From the IMG/VR virus record IMGVR_UViG_3300035182_001074, positions 1 to 57,216 of that record: a DNA stretch of 57,216 nucleotides. One strand, written 5' to 3'. The notes under the pieces are model-generated. The model saw nothing but the letters and a program-made list of their open reading frames with translations, did no database searches and was not told the DNA's origin. Made by a program: the position numbers and the translations under genes. This document shows, piece by piece, positions 1 to 9,574 of the stretch. The stretch's first letter is position 1. Every line of letters starts with the position of its first letter. The DNA comes from a virus. Its lineage: Duplodnaviria > Caudoviricetes.

Positions 1-127
1 ACACAGAGCGTGGTCATGGTGGGCTGGTGTTCCCTCGCTTCCCCATGGAACCATATGTGCCGCCCAAAGGTGTTGTTCCTTCAGAGCAGATCCAGCATGT
101 GCTGGCCATGGATGCTTCGTGGAAGAA
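1..127. repeat. Terminal direct repeat (assembly overlap), copy 1
   Basis: Identical to 57090-57216. The 127-bp length equals a common assembler k-mer, and the repeat lies inside the portal ORF. Confidence 0.95.
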
Positions 128-1811
128 TCTAGCAGAGGACGCCAACTTCAGCTCGATGCTGTCTACGATGAATGGTATCACTGCCAATGTCCTTGATGGC
201 ATGGGGTTCCCAGGCTTCCCATTCCTCACTGAGCTGACGCAGCTGACTGAGTATCGAGACATGTCGGAGCGCACCGCTGCTGAGATGACGCGCAAGTGGA
301 TCAAGCTGCGTAGCACTGGTGATGACGACAAGCAGGACATCATCGACATCATTGATCGCGAGCTCAAGCGACACCGAATCAGGGATCTGTTCCGCACTGC
401 TGCGGTGCTGGATGGCTTCATGGGCCGCTGTATGCTGTTTGCGAACTTTGGCGACGTGGTTGGACAGGAGCTGGAAACTCCGTTGCTGCTGAACCCATAC
501 AAGATCAAGAAGCGATCATTGCGTGGGTTCAAGATCGTGGAGCCAATCACGACCTACCCAGCAAGCTACAGCGCGAGCAATCCTCTGGCCTCTGACTACT
601 ATGTGCCCAGTGCGTGGTTTGTCTATGGGCAGAAGGTTGATGCTACTCGCTTGCTCACATTCTGTTCCCGGCCAGTCCCAGATCTTCTCAAACCAGTTTA
701 CAACTTTAGCGGCATGTCGTTAAGCCAGCTTGCACAGCCCTACGTTGATTACTGGTTTGGGACGCGTGATAGCGTTGGCAAGCTGCTGCGCAACTTCAGC
801 ACTCTGGCCCTTGCGACTGATCTTGATGTGCTGCTTTCGCCGAGTGGTGATGAGCTGATTCGACGGTCGCAGTTGTTCACTAAGCTGCGCGACAATCAGA
901 GCATCCTGCTTATCAATAAGGACAGTGAGGCATTGACGCAGCTCAATGTTCCAATAACTGGTCTTGATAAGCTACAGGCGCAGGCACAGGAGCACATGGC
1001 TGCTGTGGCCAAGACTCCGCTCGTCATTCTGCTCGGCATCACACCAACAGGTTTGAACACCACCGCAGAAGGCGACATCAGGATCTACTACGATTACATT
1101 GCTGATCAGCAGGAGCGTCTGTTTCGCAACAATCTTGAAATAGTGATCAAGATGATCATGCTCGATCAGCTTGGCTATGTGGATGACGACATCACCTTTG
1201 ACTTCGTGTCGCTGTTTGCTCTGACTGGCAAGGAGCTAGCCATGGTGCATAAGAGCGACGGGGATCTTGCGGTGGAGCTGATTCAACAGGGTGTTATCAG
1301 CCCGAAGGAAGTTCGCTCTAAGCTGGCAAGCGATCCTGAATCTGGGTTCAACAACCTTGATGTCGATGCTATGCCGACTCCTCTTGCTGCTACCCAGCCT
1401 ACGATGCAGACTGGTGGTGAGCAGGACTCTGTTACTGCTGAAGAGCGCAGTTCAACTGGCGATGCTGCTGCTCAGTCAGCCTTGCGCATCATGCGCGACG
1501 CGAATGCTTTCGCTCGCGATGGTGGTTTCCGAGGAAACCAGTTCCTAGGTGGTTTCAAGGACGATGATGGTCCGTTGTCCTCTGCCATGCGCCTCAGTGG
1601 TGCAGCGACAGCAGCATCACGAACCGCAAGAAAGCTGGGGACTGGGCGAGCGCATGCGGCAGCTCGTTCTGCGCACAGTCGGGCTCTGGAAGCTCATAAG
1701 CGTGCCCTTTCCTCAGCCCCATCTCACCTGCGCCCAGTGCATGAGTCCTATGTGGATGCGCACACTGCTGCTCGTGATGCTCACAACTCTGTTCTAGGAG
1801 TTGAGCGATGA
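1..1811 (+). CDS. Portal protein (DUF1073 family), 3' part; the gene starts at 56942 across the circular join
   Basis: Follows terL. Has the motifs PLVILLGITPTGLN and GDIRIYYD typical of DUF1073 portals, plus an extra His/Ala-rich C-terminal module. Confidence 0.9.
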   Translation, partial: TERGHGGLVFPRFPMEPYVPPKGVVPSEQIQHVLAMDASWKNLAEDANFSSMLSTMNGITANVLDGMGFPGFPFLTELTQLTEYRDMSERTAAEMTRKWIKLRSTGDDDKQDIIDIIDRELKRHRIRDLFRTAAVLDGFMGRCMLFANFGDVVGQELETPLLLNPYKIKKRSLRGFKIVEPITTYPASYSASNPLASDYYVPSAWFVYGQKVDATRLLTFCSRPVPDLLKPVYNFSGMSLSQLAQPYVDYWFGTRDSVGKLLRNFSTLALATDLDVLLSPSGDELIRRSQLFTKLRDNQSILLINKDSEALTQLNVPITGLDKLQAQAQEHMAAVAKTPLVILLGITPTGLNTTAEGDIRIYYDYIADQQERLFRNNLEIVIKMIMLDQLGYVDDDITFDFVSLFALTGKELAMVHKSDGDLAVELIQQGVISPKEVRSKLASDPESGFNNLDVDAMPTPLAATQPTMQTGGEQDSVTAEERSSTGDAAAQSALRIMRDANAFARDGGFRGNQFLGGFKDDDGPLSSAMRLSGAATAASRTARKLGTGRAHAAARSAHSRALEAHKRALSSAPSHLRPVHESYVDAHTAARDAHNSVLGVER

Positions 1812-2721
1812 TCACCAGACTACTCGTCGTTGGCGACGAACTGTTCCGCTGCTACCAGAAGGAGAAGAAGCAACCATGAAGCTGCGCGCTCCTGGTAAGA
1901 AGCCAATCTTCGTCTCTCCTGTGTATCCAAACGCAGGAGAGGAGCTGGAGTATCGGCATCACCTGGAGAGGATGATCACTGCCATGCACAGCGGCACGAT
2001 GTATTGGCTCAAGGTTGCGTGGCGCAAGGAGGGACTGCCAGAGGACAAGCAGCTCGCAGAGGATCTCAATCCCCAGGCACGCATGACCAAGGCCATGAAG
2101 GATTATGCCAAGCAGTGGCTCCAGCAGTTCGATTCCGGCTCAGAGACCATCGCGAAGCAGTTTGCGAAGAAGGCTATGAAGAGCCATGACATCTCATTTG
2201 TTGCTGCTCTGCGCAAGGCTGGGTTCTCTGTGAAGTTCCAGACAACAGGCGCCATTGAGTCTGTGCTCGACGATGTGATAGCGGAGAATGTGAAGCTAAT
2301 TAAGAGCATCCCTCGCGAATACTTTGATGCCATCATTGATCGGGTTCGTGATAGCGTCGAGAAGGGCCGATCCATGAAGGAGCTGACTCATTACCTGGAA
2401 GATCGCTATGGTGTCACCCAGCGTCGTGCAGCTCTGATTGCTCGTGATCAGAACAACAAAGCTACCGCAGCCATCCATAGGACGAGGCAGAAGGAGTCTG
2501 GCATCAGCAAGGCACGATGGGTCCACACCATGGCTTCTGCCCAGCCTCGCGAAGAGCACATGGGCTGGGATGGCGAAGTTTACGACATTGACAAGGGAAT
2601 GTATTCTGATGTTGATGGCGAATACGTTTGGCCAGGCACCCCAATCAACTGTGGTTGCACTTGCATGTCTATTATTCCTGGGCTCGATGAAGAGGACGAT
2701 GAATCAGAAGGAGAAGAGTGA
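1801..2721 (+). CDS. Head morphogenesis protein (MuF / SPP1 gp7 family); alternative start at 1876
   Basis: Motifs [27 protein letters not shown] and PGTPINCGC; located between portal and protease. Confidence 0.9.
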   Translation: MSDDHQTTRRWRRTVPLLPEGEEATMKLRAPGKKPIFVSPVYPNAGEELEYRHHLERMITAMHSGTMYWLKVAWRKEGLPEDKQLAEDLNPQARMTKAMKDYAKQWLQQFDSGSETIAKQFAKKAMKSHDISFVAALRKAGFSVKFQTTGAIESVLDDVIAENVKLIKSIPREYFDAIIDRVRDSVEKGRSMKELTHYLEDRYGVTQRRAALIARDQNNKATAAIHRTRQKESGISKARWVHTMASAQPREEHMGWDGEVYDIDKGMYSDVDGEYVWPGTPINCGCTCMSIIPGLDEEDDESEGEE

Positions 2722-4208
2722 TGGCTGCTCGTCGTAACCTACCAGGAGGGGCAATCGCCTTTGATCGCGGCAGTGCTCGTTCCGTCGATGCTCAAGGTTT
2801 CCTTCATGTGGAAGGATGCAACATCAGCAAAGCTGGTGTGAATCCATATTGGGGTGCTGAGATCCCGGACTACGAGAAGCTTGGACTGCAGCCGGACCGA
2901 GTCTATTACCTCTTCCGCGATCCTAAGGAGCTGGAGAAGGCTGCTGCCACATTCAACAATTTGCCACTCATGGACAACCACATTGAGGTGAGTGCTGATG
3001 ACATGGACGACAAGGAAGTCCACGACCGTGTCGTTGGGTCCACAGGCACGAATGCGAGATTTGAAGATCCTTATCTCATCAATGACCTGGTTGTGTGGAC
3101 GACGAGTGCGATTGATGGAGTGATGTCGAAGACTCAGACGCAGCTGTCATGTGCGTATCGCTACGAGCTTGACATGACGCCAGGAACATACATGGGGCAG
3201 AAGTATGATGGGCGCATGCATGATCTTCAAGGCAACCATGTTGCGCTGGTTGATGAGGGTCGCGCAGGTCCGGACGTCACTGTGAAAGATCGCAAGCCAG
3301 CGGGTGTGTCGAAGCTGAATGTCAAGGTCAATATGAAGGGCATTGCCAAGCTGGTGTCTGATGCTCTTGCTCCTGCAAAGCAGAAGCTTGGCATGAAGCC
3401 TGGTGCTGGCACCATTGATTCAATCACCGACGATCTCACGAGCACCAAGGCTTGTGCCATAAAGATGAAGGGTGGCGTCACCTCAGATGAGAATCCTGAA
3501 GGCCACAACCAGTATAGTGGTGCTGCATCGTACGCTGGTCGTAGCTCTGCGAAGGCAATCAAGTCCAAGGACGCTGGCTCGCACGAAGAGGCAAGTGCAG
3601 CCCACGCCCACGCTGCTCGTCTGGCCACGTCTGCTGGCCCCAAGGCTTGGCACGAGAATATGGCCGCAGCTCATGAGGCTGCCGCACGCGGGGTGCCGGT
3701 GAAGTTTGGTCGCAACTTTGGTGATCAACCGAAGATTGGTGCCCATGACTCGATGGTGGCGTCTGATGTCGTCGCCCACATGAAGGGCCACAAGGATGCG
3801 AGCGGCAAGCTGGCTCCTTGGGTCATCAAGAGTGAGTCAACTGGCCGAATCATCTGGAGCGGCCCAACTAAGGAGGAAGCAGTGGCACAACTCAAGAATG
3901 TGGAAGGGCACAAGGCGCACGACTCTGTGACGGTGGAGGACGACAATCCCGAAGGCATCAACCAGTACTCGGGTGGAGGCGGCAGCAAGGCATCCGCAGC
4001 AAAAGCATCTGTCGCTGCGCAGAAAGCCAGTGCGGCAGTCAGAAATGGGACTGGGTCTAGCAAGGCTGCTGCCGCAGCCCACAGAGCTGCGGCGAAGGCT
4101 CACTGGGAGGCGTCGCAGAAAGCACCGACACAGGCAGAAAGATCGTTACATGAGAAGCTCGCTGCTGGCCATGAAAGAGCAGAGAATAATCTGCTCCGTC
4201 GCAGCTGA
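2721..4208 (+). CDS. Prohead protease (DUF2213 family) with long modular C-terminal extension
   Basis: [17 protein letters not shown] and [13 protein letters not shown] in the first ~190 aa; the C-terminal ~300 aa contain repeated NPEG(H/I)NQY modules. Confidence 0.88.
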   Translation: MAARRNLPGGAIAFDRGSARSVDAQGFLHVEGCNISKAGVNPYWGAEIPDYEKLGLQPDRVYYLFRDPKELEKAAATFNNLPLMDNHIEVSADDMDDKEVHDRVVGSTGTNARFEDPYLINDLVVWTTSAIDGVMSKTQTQLSCAYRYELDMTPGTYMGQKYDGRMHDLQGNHVALVDEGRAGPDVTVKDRKPAGVSKLNVKVNMKGIAKLVSDALAPAKQKLGMKPGAGTIDSITDDLTSTKACAIKMKGGVTSDENPEGHNQYSGAASYAGRSSAKAIKSKDAGSHEEASAAHAHAARLATSAGPKAWHENMAAAHEAAARGVPVKFGRNFGDQPKIGAHDSMVASDVVAHMKGHKDASGKLAPWVIKSESTGRIIWSGPTKEEAVAQLKNVEGHKAHDSVTVEDDNPEGINQYSGGGGSKASAAKASVAAQKASAAVRNGTGSSKAAAAAHRAAAKAHWEASQKAPTQAERSLHEKLAAGHERAENNLLRRS

Positions 4209-4319
4209 TTCATATTGTTGAAAGGAGGATCAGACGACAACGACGACCATTACCACGAGGAAGTTCAAGATCGGTGGACTCACCGAGAGCAAGTAAACCC
4301 TTTTCAAAGGAGGCCCATC

Positions 4320-5204
4320 ATGGCCCGAAAGATCACCAAGCTGGGGCACACCGTCAAGGGTGCTCTCGCTGCGTTCATCGCTCCGCGTCTCGCGTCCGAT
4401 GCCGCGTTCAAAGTCGGTGAGCTTGACAAGCTCCTCAAGGACGTGAAGCCTGCGCCCTTCAAGCAGCAGATCAAGCCCATCACCGATTCCGTCAAGGCGC
4501 TGTTCAAAGATCGTCTTGCCAAGGACGCTGATGTCGAAGACCTCGCTGAGCTGCTTGAAGCCCTTGGCAGTGGCGACGAGGACGATGACGACGAGGCTGG
4601 CGAAGACGCTGCTCGTCCCAAGAAGGACGATGTCGCCGAAGATGACGTCGCCGAAGATGGCGACTCTGCGGGCGAGAAGCTCATGCAGATGCTCAGCCAT
4701 TATGACATCCCGGCTTCGGATCTTGAGGCCATCAACTCGCTCATCACCGAGCTCAGCAAGCCTGCTGCTCGGGATGCGGTCCTGCCTAAGAAGGGAGCTC
4801 CCGTGGCCAAGCCTGTAGCTGCAGCTTCTGAGAAGGATGACAATGCTGCTCCCATGAAGGATGTGCCTGTGACCAAGCCTGCGATGGATGCTGCCATCCG
4901 AACCGCCACCGACGCCGCAATCAAGGAGACCAAGGCGCACATGTCTGCTCTCTACGAGGCCAGCAATGACGTCAGGCCTTTCGTTGGCGAGATCAACACT
5001 CTCGCTTTCGACTCTGCTGATGCCATCTTCAAGTTCGCTCTCGATGCTCATCAGATTGAGACGAAGGGAGTTCACCCCAGCGCCTACAAGTCTCTGCTTC
5101 CTCTGATCCACGCCAAGGCTCAGCCCAGCCAGAACATGGCCACGGACTCTGCTGACGTTGTTGACTTCGAGAAGCGTTACACCCACATTCCTGCTCGCGC
5201 TTAG
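4320..5204 (+). CDS. Capsid scaffolding protein
   Basis: AGGAGG RBS before ATG 4320; acidic/Ala-rich with PAMDAA and VRPFVGE..AFDSA motifs; lies between protease and capsid genes. Confidence 0.75.
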   Translation: MARKITKLGHTVKGALAAFIAPRLASDAAFKVGELDKLLKDVKPAPFKQQIKPITDSVKALFKDRLAKDADVEDLAELLEALGSGDEDDDDEAGEDAARPKKDDVAEDDVAEDGDSAGEKLMQMLSHYDIPASDLEAINSLITELSKPAARDAVLPKKGAPVAKPVAAASEKDDNAAPMKDVPVTKPAMDAAIRTATDAAIKETKAHMSALYEASNDVRPFVGEINTLAFDSADAIFKFALDAHQIETKGVHPSAYKSLLPLIHAKAQPSQNMATDSADVVDFEKRYTHIPARA

Positions 5205-5219
5205 AAGGAGGAAGCAACC

Positions 5220-6185
5220 ATGTTTCAGAATCAGGTCAACTACAAGCAGGCCCCTGGGATCGTCGGCGGCATCGCCTCGATGAACCCGATTGCTACTGTG
5301 GATGCCGGGCCTGGCGGACTCACTGCTGGTCCCAATGGCGTCCTCGTCGGTCGCTTCGCGTGGAACAGCTACCCTGTCGCGGGTGGTCCTGGTCGCGCAA
5401 ACAATGCCTGTCCGGCTGGGCAGCCGCGTAAGCCCGATGGCTTCATCTCCAATCTCCAGCAGGGGTTGATCACTGCGTGGCTTACCAATAGCACTCTTGC
5501 TATTCCCTCTGGCAAGGGTGTCACCGAGCATCTGCGCGGTGACTTCTGGGCCTTCAGCACCATGTCTGAGGCGCTCATCAACAGCAAGGTATTCGCCAAT
5601 CTGCTCGATGGTCAGGTCCTCGCTGCTGCTGCTGGGTCGTTCCCCACGAATGCTGCTGGCACCGTATCCAGTGTCACTGCAAGCCTGGTGGTCGGCACCA
5701 ACACGATGACCATCAGCGCTACTGGATCTGGCATTCCTGCGATCGGTCAGCTCGTCACTGGTCCTGGTGTTGCTCCTAACACCTACATTGAGTCGATCGG
5801 GACCTACAACGGAACTTCCGGCACGGTGTTCCTGTCTCAGAATGCGCTTGCCACTGAGACTGCCCAGGCCTATACCACCGCGCTGCCGGAAGCCTACGGT
5901 GGGTTCGTTGGCACTGCCAGTTTCGCCACCAATGTGATGACGGTCACTGCCATTACCTCTGGTGCTCTGGCCGTTGGCCAGCTTGTGCAGTCTGCGAATG
6001 TCGCTGCTGGGACCTACATCGCTAGCCTCGGCACCGGCACTGGCGGACTCGGCACCTACAACCTTTCGACTGCTCCTGGCACCATCTCTGCTCAGGCTGC
6101 TTCCACCTCTGCGTGGATCGAGACTGACTGGTATGTGAACAGCCCTGGGAATGTCATGGATCTCATCAAAATCGGTGTTCGGTAG
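5220..6185 (+). CDS. Capsid decoration/cement protein with two inserted beta-rich repeats
   Basis: FQNQVN..QAPG N-terminus, GDFW motif and ETDWYV C-terminus; immediately precedes the major capsid gene. Confidence 0.7.
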   Translation: MFQNQVNYKQAPGIVGGIASMNPIATVDAGPGGLTAGPNGVLVGRFAWNSYPVAGGPGRANNACPAGQPRKPDGFISNLQQGLITAWLTNSTLAIPSGKGVTEHLRGDFWAFSTMSEALINSKVFANLLDGQVLAAAAGSFPTNAAGTVSSVTASLVVGTNTMTISATGSGIPAIGQLVTGPGVAPNTYIESIGTYNGTSGTVFLSQNALATETAQAYTTALPEAYGGFVGTASFATNVMTVTAITSGALAVGQLVQSANVAAGTYIASLGTGTGGLGTYNLSTAPGTISAQAASTSAWIETDWYVNSPGNVMDLIKIGVR

Positions 6186-6196
6186 GAGCCAATCAC

Positions 6197-7240
6197 ATGC
6201 GACAGAATCCCCACATCCATCTCCTGGCTGATCGTTTCGGCATCATCTTTCCTGGTGCCATGGACTACCGCGACTCCCAGGCGGGTCGTATCGCCGCTGA
6301 TCGTCTTCTCATGGACGCAGCGCCGACCAATCTTCTTCAGAGCCAGCTCGTAACGACTCCCAGCTCGGGCGTTCCGTTCTATCTCACCAACTTCCTGGAT
6401 CCTGAGCTGACTCGTGTGGTCACTGCGCCCATGGAGGCAGCGGACATTTTCGGGGAGGCCAAGAAGGGCGACTGGACTACGGACACTGCGACCTTCCCGA
6501 TCGTCGAGTCCACTGGCGAGGTTTCCACCTACGGCGACCTGAACAACAATGGTCTGTCTGGCGCGAATGCCAACTTCGAACCGCGCCAGTCCTATCACTA
6601 CCAGACGTTCACCCGTTGGGGCGATCGCGAGCTTGACAAGATGGGCGCGGCCAAGATTGACTGGGCTGCTGAGCAGAATGTTGCCAGTGCTCTCACGCTC
6701 AACAAGTTCCAGAACTCCAGCTACTTCTTCGGAGTGCAAAACCTCGACAACTACGGCCTGCTCAATGATCCCACATTGACTGCGCCTATCACGCCCACCA
6801 CCGCCTGGTCTGGTGCCACTGGCCTCCAGATCTGGGGCGACATCCAGAACCTCTTCAAGCAGCTCGCTCGTCAGACCAATGGGCTGGTCAAGATGACGGA
6901 TCCGCTCACGCTGGTGATGGATCCTTTCACCGTCAGCTACCTCCTCACGCCGATGCAGAATGTCTATGGCAATGCCACTGTTCAGGCGATGATCAAGGAG
7001 AGCTTCCCGAAGATGGTGGTGAAGACCGCGCCGGAGCTGGCCACTACTGCTGGCAATCTGGTTCAGATGATCGCTCCTTCGGTCCAGGGCCAGAAGTCTG
7101 GGTTCTGTGCCTTTACGGAGAAGATGCGCGCTCACGCCATTGTGCGTGACACGTCCTCGACCTACCAGAAGAAGTCTGGTGGCACCTGGGGTGCGATCAT
7201 CAAGTTCCCGGCTGGCATCTCTCAGATGCTTGGCGTGTAG
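6197..7240 (+). CDS. Major capsid protein (DUF2184 family, HK97 fold)
   Basis: Motifs KKGDWT, GEVSTYGD, YGLLNDP and GGTWGAII; strong codon bias; expected position. Confidence 0.92.
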   Translation: MRQNPHIHLLADRFGIIFPGAMDYRDSQAGRIAADRLLMDAAPTNLLQSQLVTTPSSGVPFYLTNFLDPELTRVVTAPMEAADIFGEAKKGDWTTDTATFPIVESTGEVSTYGDLNNNGLSGANANFEPRQSYHYQTFTRWGDRELDKMGAAKIDWAAEQNVASALTLNKFQNSSYFFGVQNLDNYGLLNDPTLTAPITPTTAWSGATGLQIWGDIQNLFKQLARQTNGLVKMTDPLTLVMDPFTVSYLLTPMQNVYGNATVQAMIKESFPKMVVKTAPELATTAGNLVQMIAPSVQGQKSGFCAFTEKMRAHAIVRDTSSTYQKKSGGTWGAIIKFPAGISQMLGV

Positions 7241-7250
7241 CACTGAATAC

Positions 7251-7281
7251 GGAGGACCGATCTGTCGTGGATCGGTCCTCC
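7251..7281 (+). promoter_or_regulatory. Perfect 12-bp hairpin after the capsid gene (stability element or atypical terminator)
   Basis: GGAGGACCGATC-7 nt-GATCGGTCCTCC, with no U-tract after it. Confidence 0.6.
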
Positions 7282-7309
7282 ACTCCTCATTCCAAGACCA
7301 TACACTACG

Positions 7310-7738
7310 GTGAAAAACATGGCTGAAGTCAAGACCGAACCCAAGCTCGTTTCTGAATCTGTTCTCGTCGCCTGCAAGCTGCCGCACGGCCTCAATCTTG
7401 ATCTGTATGATGGCAACGTCCTGCGATCAAGGGTGAAGCTGTCTGGCATCATGGGGTTCCGCATTCCCAATCCAGATCGCAAGTTTGTGAATCCGGAGAC
7501 TTATGCCGGACACAGCATCACATCAGTTCCTCGTGCGCATTGGGAGGAATGGTATGCAACGCACAAGTCTCACCCTGCAGTGGTTAATGGCTTCGTCTAT
7601 GTTTCAAAGACGAGGGATGACGCTCAGGCGCAGGCGAAAGAACGTGAGAAAGAGCGGACGGGGTTCGAACAGCTTGATCCTACCAAGCAGGCAGTTCGTC
7701 CGCTCGACCGCGATCCTCGCCCGATGGAATTTCGCTAA
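7310..7738 (+). CDS. Conserved virion-module protein
   Basis: VACKLPHGL and TGFEQLDP motifs, typical of the gene after the capsid gene in this phage type. Confidence 0.7.
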   Translation: MKNMAEVKTEPKLVSESVLVACKLPHGLNLDLYDGNVLRSRVKLSGIMGFRIPNPDRKFVNPETYAGHSITSVPRAHWEEWYATHKSHPAVVNGFVYVSKTRDDAQAQAKEREKERTGFEQLDPTKQAVRPLDRDPRPMEFR

Positions 7739-7749
7739 GGAGCTGACCA

Positions 7750-8190
7750 ATGGCTGTGGTTGTGTTTGACAAGGTAGCCTTCCTTGCTCGCTACCCTGAG
7801 TTCGTGGCCACAGATGCTTTGTATCCTTCTCCTGCTGACATTATCACAGCGAGCTTCAATGAGGCTTGTGTGATCCTGGACAATCGTGACTGCAGTCGTG
7901 TTCCTGTTCCTCCTCGTGACACGCTGCTCAATATGCTCACTGCGCACATTGTGGCGATCTACTTTGGCATCGATGGCAAGCCACCCTCTCGTGCAGTTGG
8001 GAGGGTGGCTTCTGCTGGCCAAGGCTCTGTGAATGTCTCGCTGGCCATGGGGCCTGCTACCGACCAGAAGGCTTGGTATGAGCAGACTATCTATGGTGCG
8101 TCTTACTGGCGAGCATCAATGGGCTATCGTTCCATGCTCATCGTCCCTCCCTGTCCAGCACCAGAGCAGATCTATCTGCAGGAAGGCTGA
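7750..8190 (+). CDS. Head-tail adaptor (DUF4054)
   Basis: FLARYPEF, LLNMLTAHI, GRVASAGQGSV and WYEQTIYGASYW. Confidence 0.88.
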   Translation: MAVVVFDKVAFLARYPEFVATDALYPSPADIITASFNEACVILDNRDCSRVPVPPRDTLLNMLTAHIVAIYFGIDGKPPSRAVGRVASAGQGSVNVSLAMGPATDQKAWYEQTIYGASYWRASMGYRSMLIVPPCPAPEQIYLQEG

Positions 8191-8191
8191 A

Positions 8192-8674
8192 ATGGCAGCA
8201 TTTAGTGGCGGCATCAAGATGGCATCAGTGCTCAACCACATTGAGCAGTCACTTGGTGACGGAGTCAAGCTGGTGCGTGTTGGGTTTCTTGAGGGAAGCC
8301 ACGCAGGCATCAACAATGACCAGCCTGCTCCTGAGATTGCATTGATCTTAGAGAATGGCGCACCTGCTGCGAATATCCCACCTCGTCCATTCTTCCGTGG
8401 GATGATCACCAAGAGGAACGCAACCTGGGGCAAAGTTCTTTTCCAGTTCCTCAAGAACCACAACTACGATGTGCGCAAGGCTCTGCTAAGCACTGGGCTG
8501 GTTATGGGTGAGCAGCTCCAGCTTGCCATTACAGAGTTCAATGATCCGCCTGATAAGGATTGGGCCATCAAGGCGAAAGGACATACCAAGCCACTGGAGT
8601 GGAGCAAGAACATGAAGCGTTCAATCTCTGCAGAAGTAGATGGAACGCGTGAGGCCTGCAATGGATCTATTTGA
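8192..8674 (+). CDS. Neck / tail-completion protein
   Basis: VRVGFLEG, GAPAANIPPRPFFR and KGHTKPL motifs; ATG directly after the upstream stop. Confidence 0.75.
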   Translation: MAAFSGGIKMASVLNHIEQSLGDGVKLVRVGFLEGSHAGINNDQPAPEIALILENGAPAANIPPRPFFRGMITKRNATWGKVLFQFLKNHNYDVRKALLSTGLVMGEQLQLAITEFNDPPDKDWAIKAKGHTKPLEWSKNMKRSISAEVDGTREACNGSI

Positions 8675-9047
8675 TCTGACATCACCAGCGATCTCTGCTA
8701 TCAATGATCAGACTTCTGCTCAGCTCTACAAGAGCACAGGCTATGTCACTGGTGCCAATGGCAAGCAGGTTCCGTCATACGCTGATGCTATCTCTGGCGA
8801 CATTCAGGTTCAAGCACTCAGCGGAAAAGAACTCCAGCACCTTAACAACCTGAACATTGGTGGCGTCACCCACAAGATCTATCTCGCAGGGGATTGGGAG
8901 AGTGTTGTTCGCTCTGCTATTCGTGGTGGTGACAAGTTTGTCTTTTCTTATGGCGATATCGTTTCTGGGACCTGGTTAGTTGCCACAGTCCTTGAGACGT
9001 GGCCAGGATGGTGCTGCGTCGCAGTTCAACTTCAGGTGACGCCATGA
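8661..9047 (+). CDS. Head closure/stopper protein
   Basis: QVQAL..ELQH..LNI.G, GGD and WLV..VLETWPGW motifs; position in the neck module. Confidence 0.7.
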   Translation: MDLFDLTSPAISAINDQTSAQLYKSTGYVTGANGKQVPSYADAISGDIQVQALSGKELQHLNNLNIGGVTHKIYLAGDWESVVRSAIRGGDKFVFSYGDIVSGTWLVATVLETWPGWCCVAVQLQVTP

Positions 9048-9562
9048 GCTACACCATCTCAATCACTGAGGACCAGGTATTCACTGCTCTGCGCAACTGG
9101 CTTCTTTACGCAGTCTCTGGGGAGGTTGTTCAAGGGATCGTCAATCGTGTGGCGATGCCTGCTGGTGGTTTCGTTGAGATGACACCCCTGGTGAAGACTC
9201 GGCTGAGCACCAACGTCACCAGTTATCCTGATATCAATACTGAGACCAACCAGCAGTTCATTGATTTCACAATTCAGCTCGATATTTATGGAGCTAACGC
9301 TGGGGATTGGTCTACCATCATCACAACTGCGTTCCGTAGCGATCAGGCTTGCGCATTCCTGGCCGCTCAACTTCCTGGCATCGCACCACTCTACAGCGAG
9401 GCTGCTCGTCAGCTTCCTTTGATCAATGGAGAGGAGCAGTATGAGTCTCACTGGTCTATTGCCATCCACCTTCAGTTCAATCCTTCGGTGAATGACACGC
9501 AGCAATCCGCGAACGTCATCACTCCTGCCATTATTAACGTTGACGCCACCTACCCACTCTAA
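9044..9562 (+). CDS. Tail terminator / neck protein
   Basis: NRVAMP, QLDIYG and INGEEQYE motifs; immediately before the sheath. Confidence 0.7.
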   Translation: MSYTISITEDQVFTALRNWLLYAVSGEVVQGIVNRVAMPAGGFVEMTPLVKTRLSTNVTSYPDINTETNQQFIDFTIQLDIYGANAGDWSTIITTAFRSDQACAFLAAQLPGIAPLYSEAARQLPLINGEEQYESHWSIAIHLQFNPSVNDTQQSANVITPAIINVDATYPL

Positions 9563-9574
9563 AGGAGAGCGAGC

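Noticed and set aside
1-1811. Portal as an anti-CBASS Acb1 nuclease (a label sometimes attached to DUF1073)
   Set aside because: No paired HxT/S 2H-phosphoesterase motifs seen; position and motifs indicate a portal.
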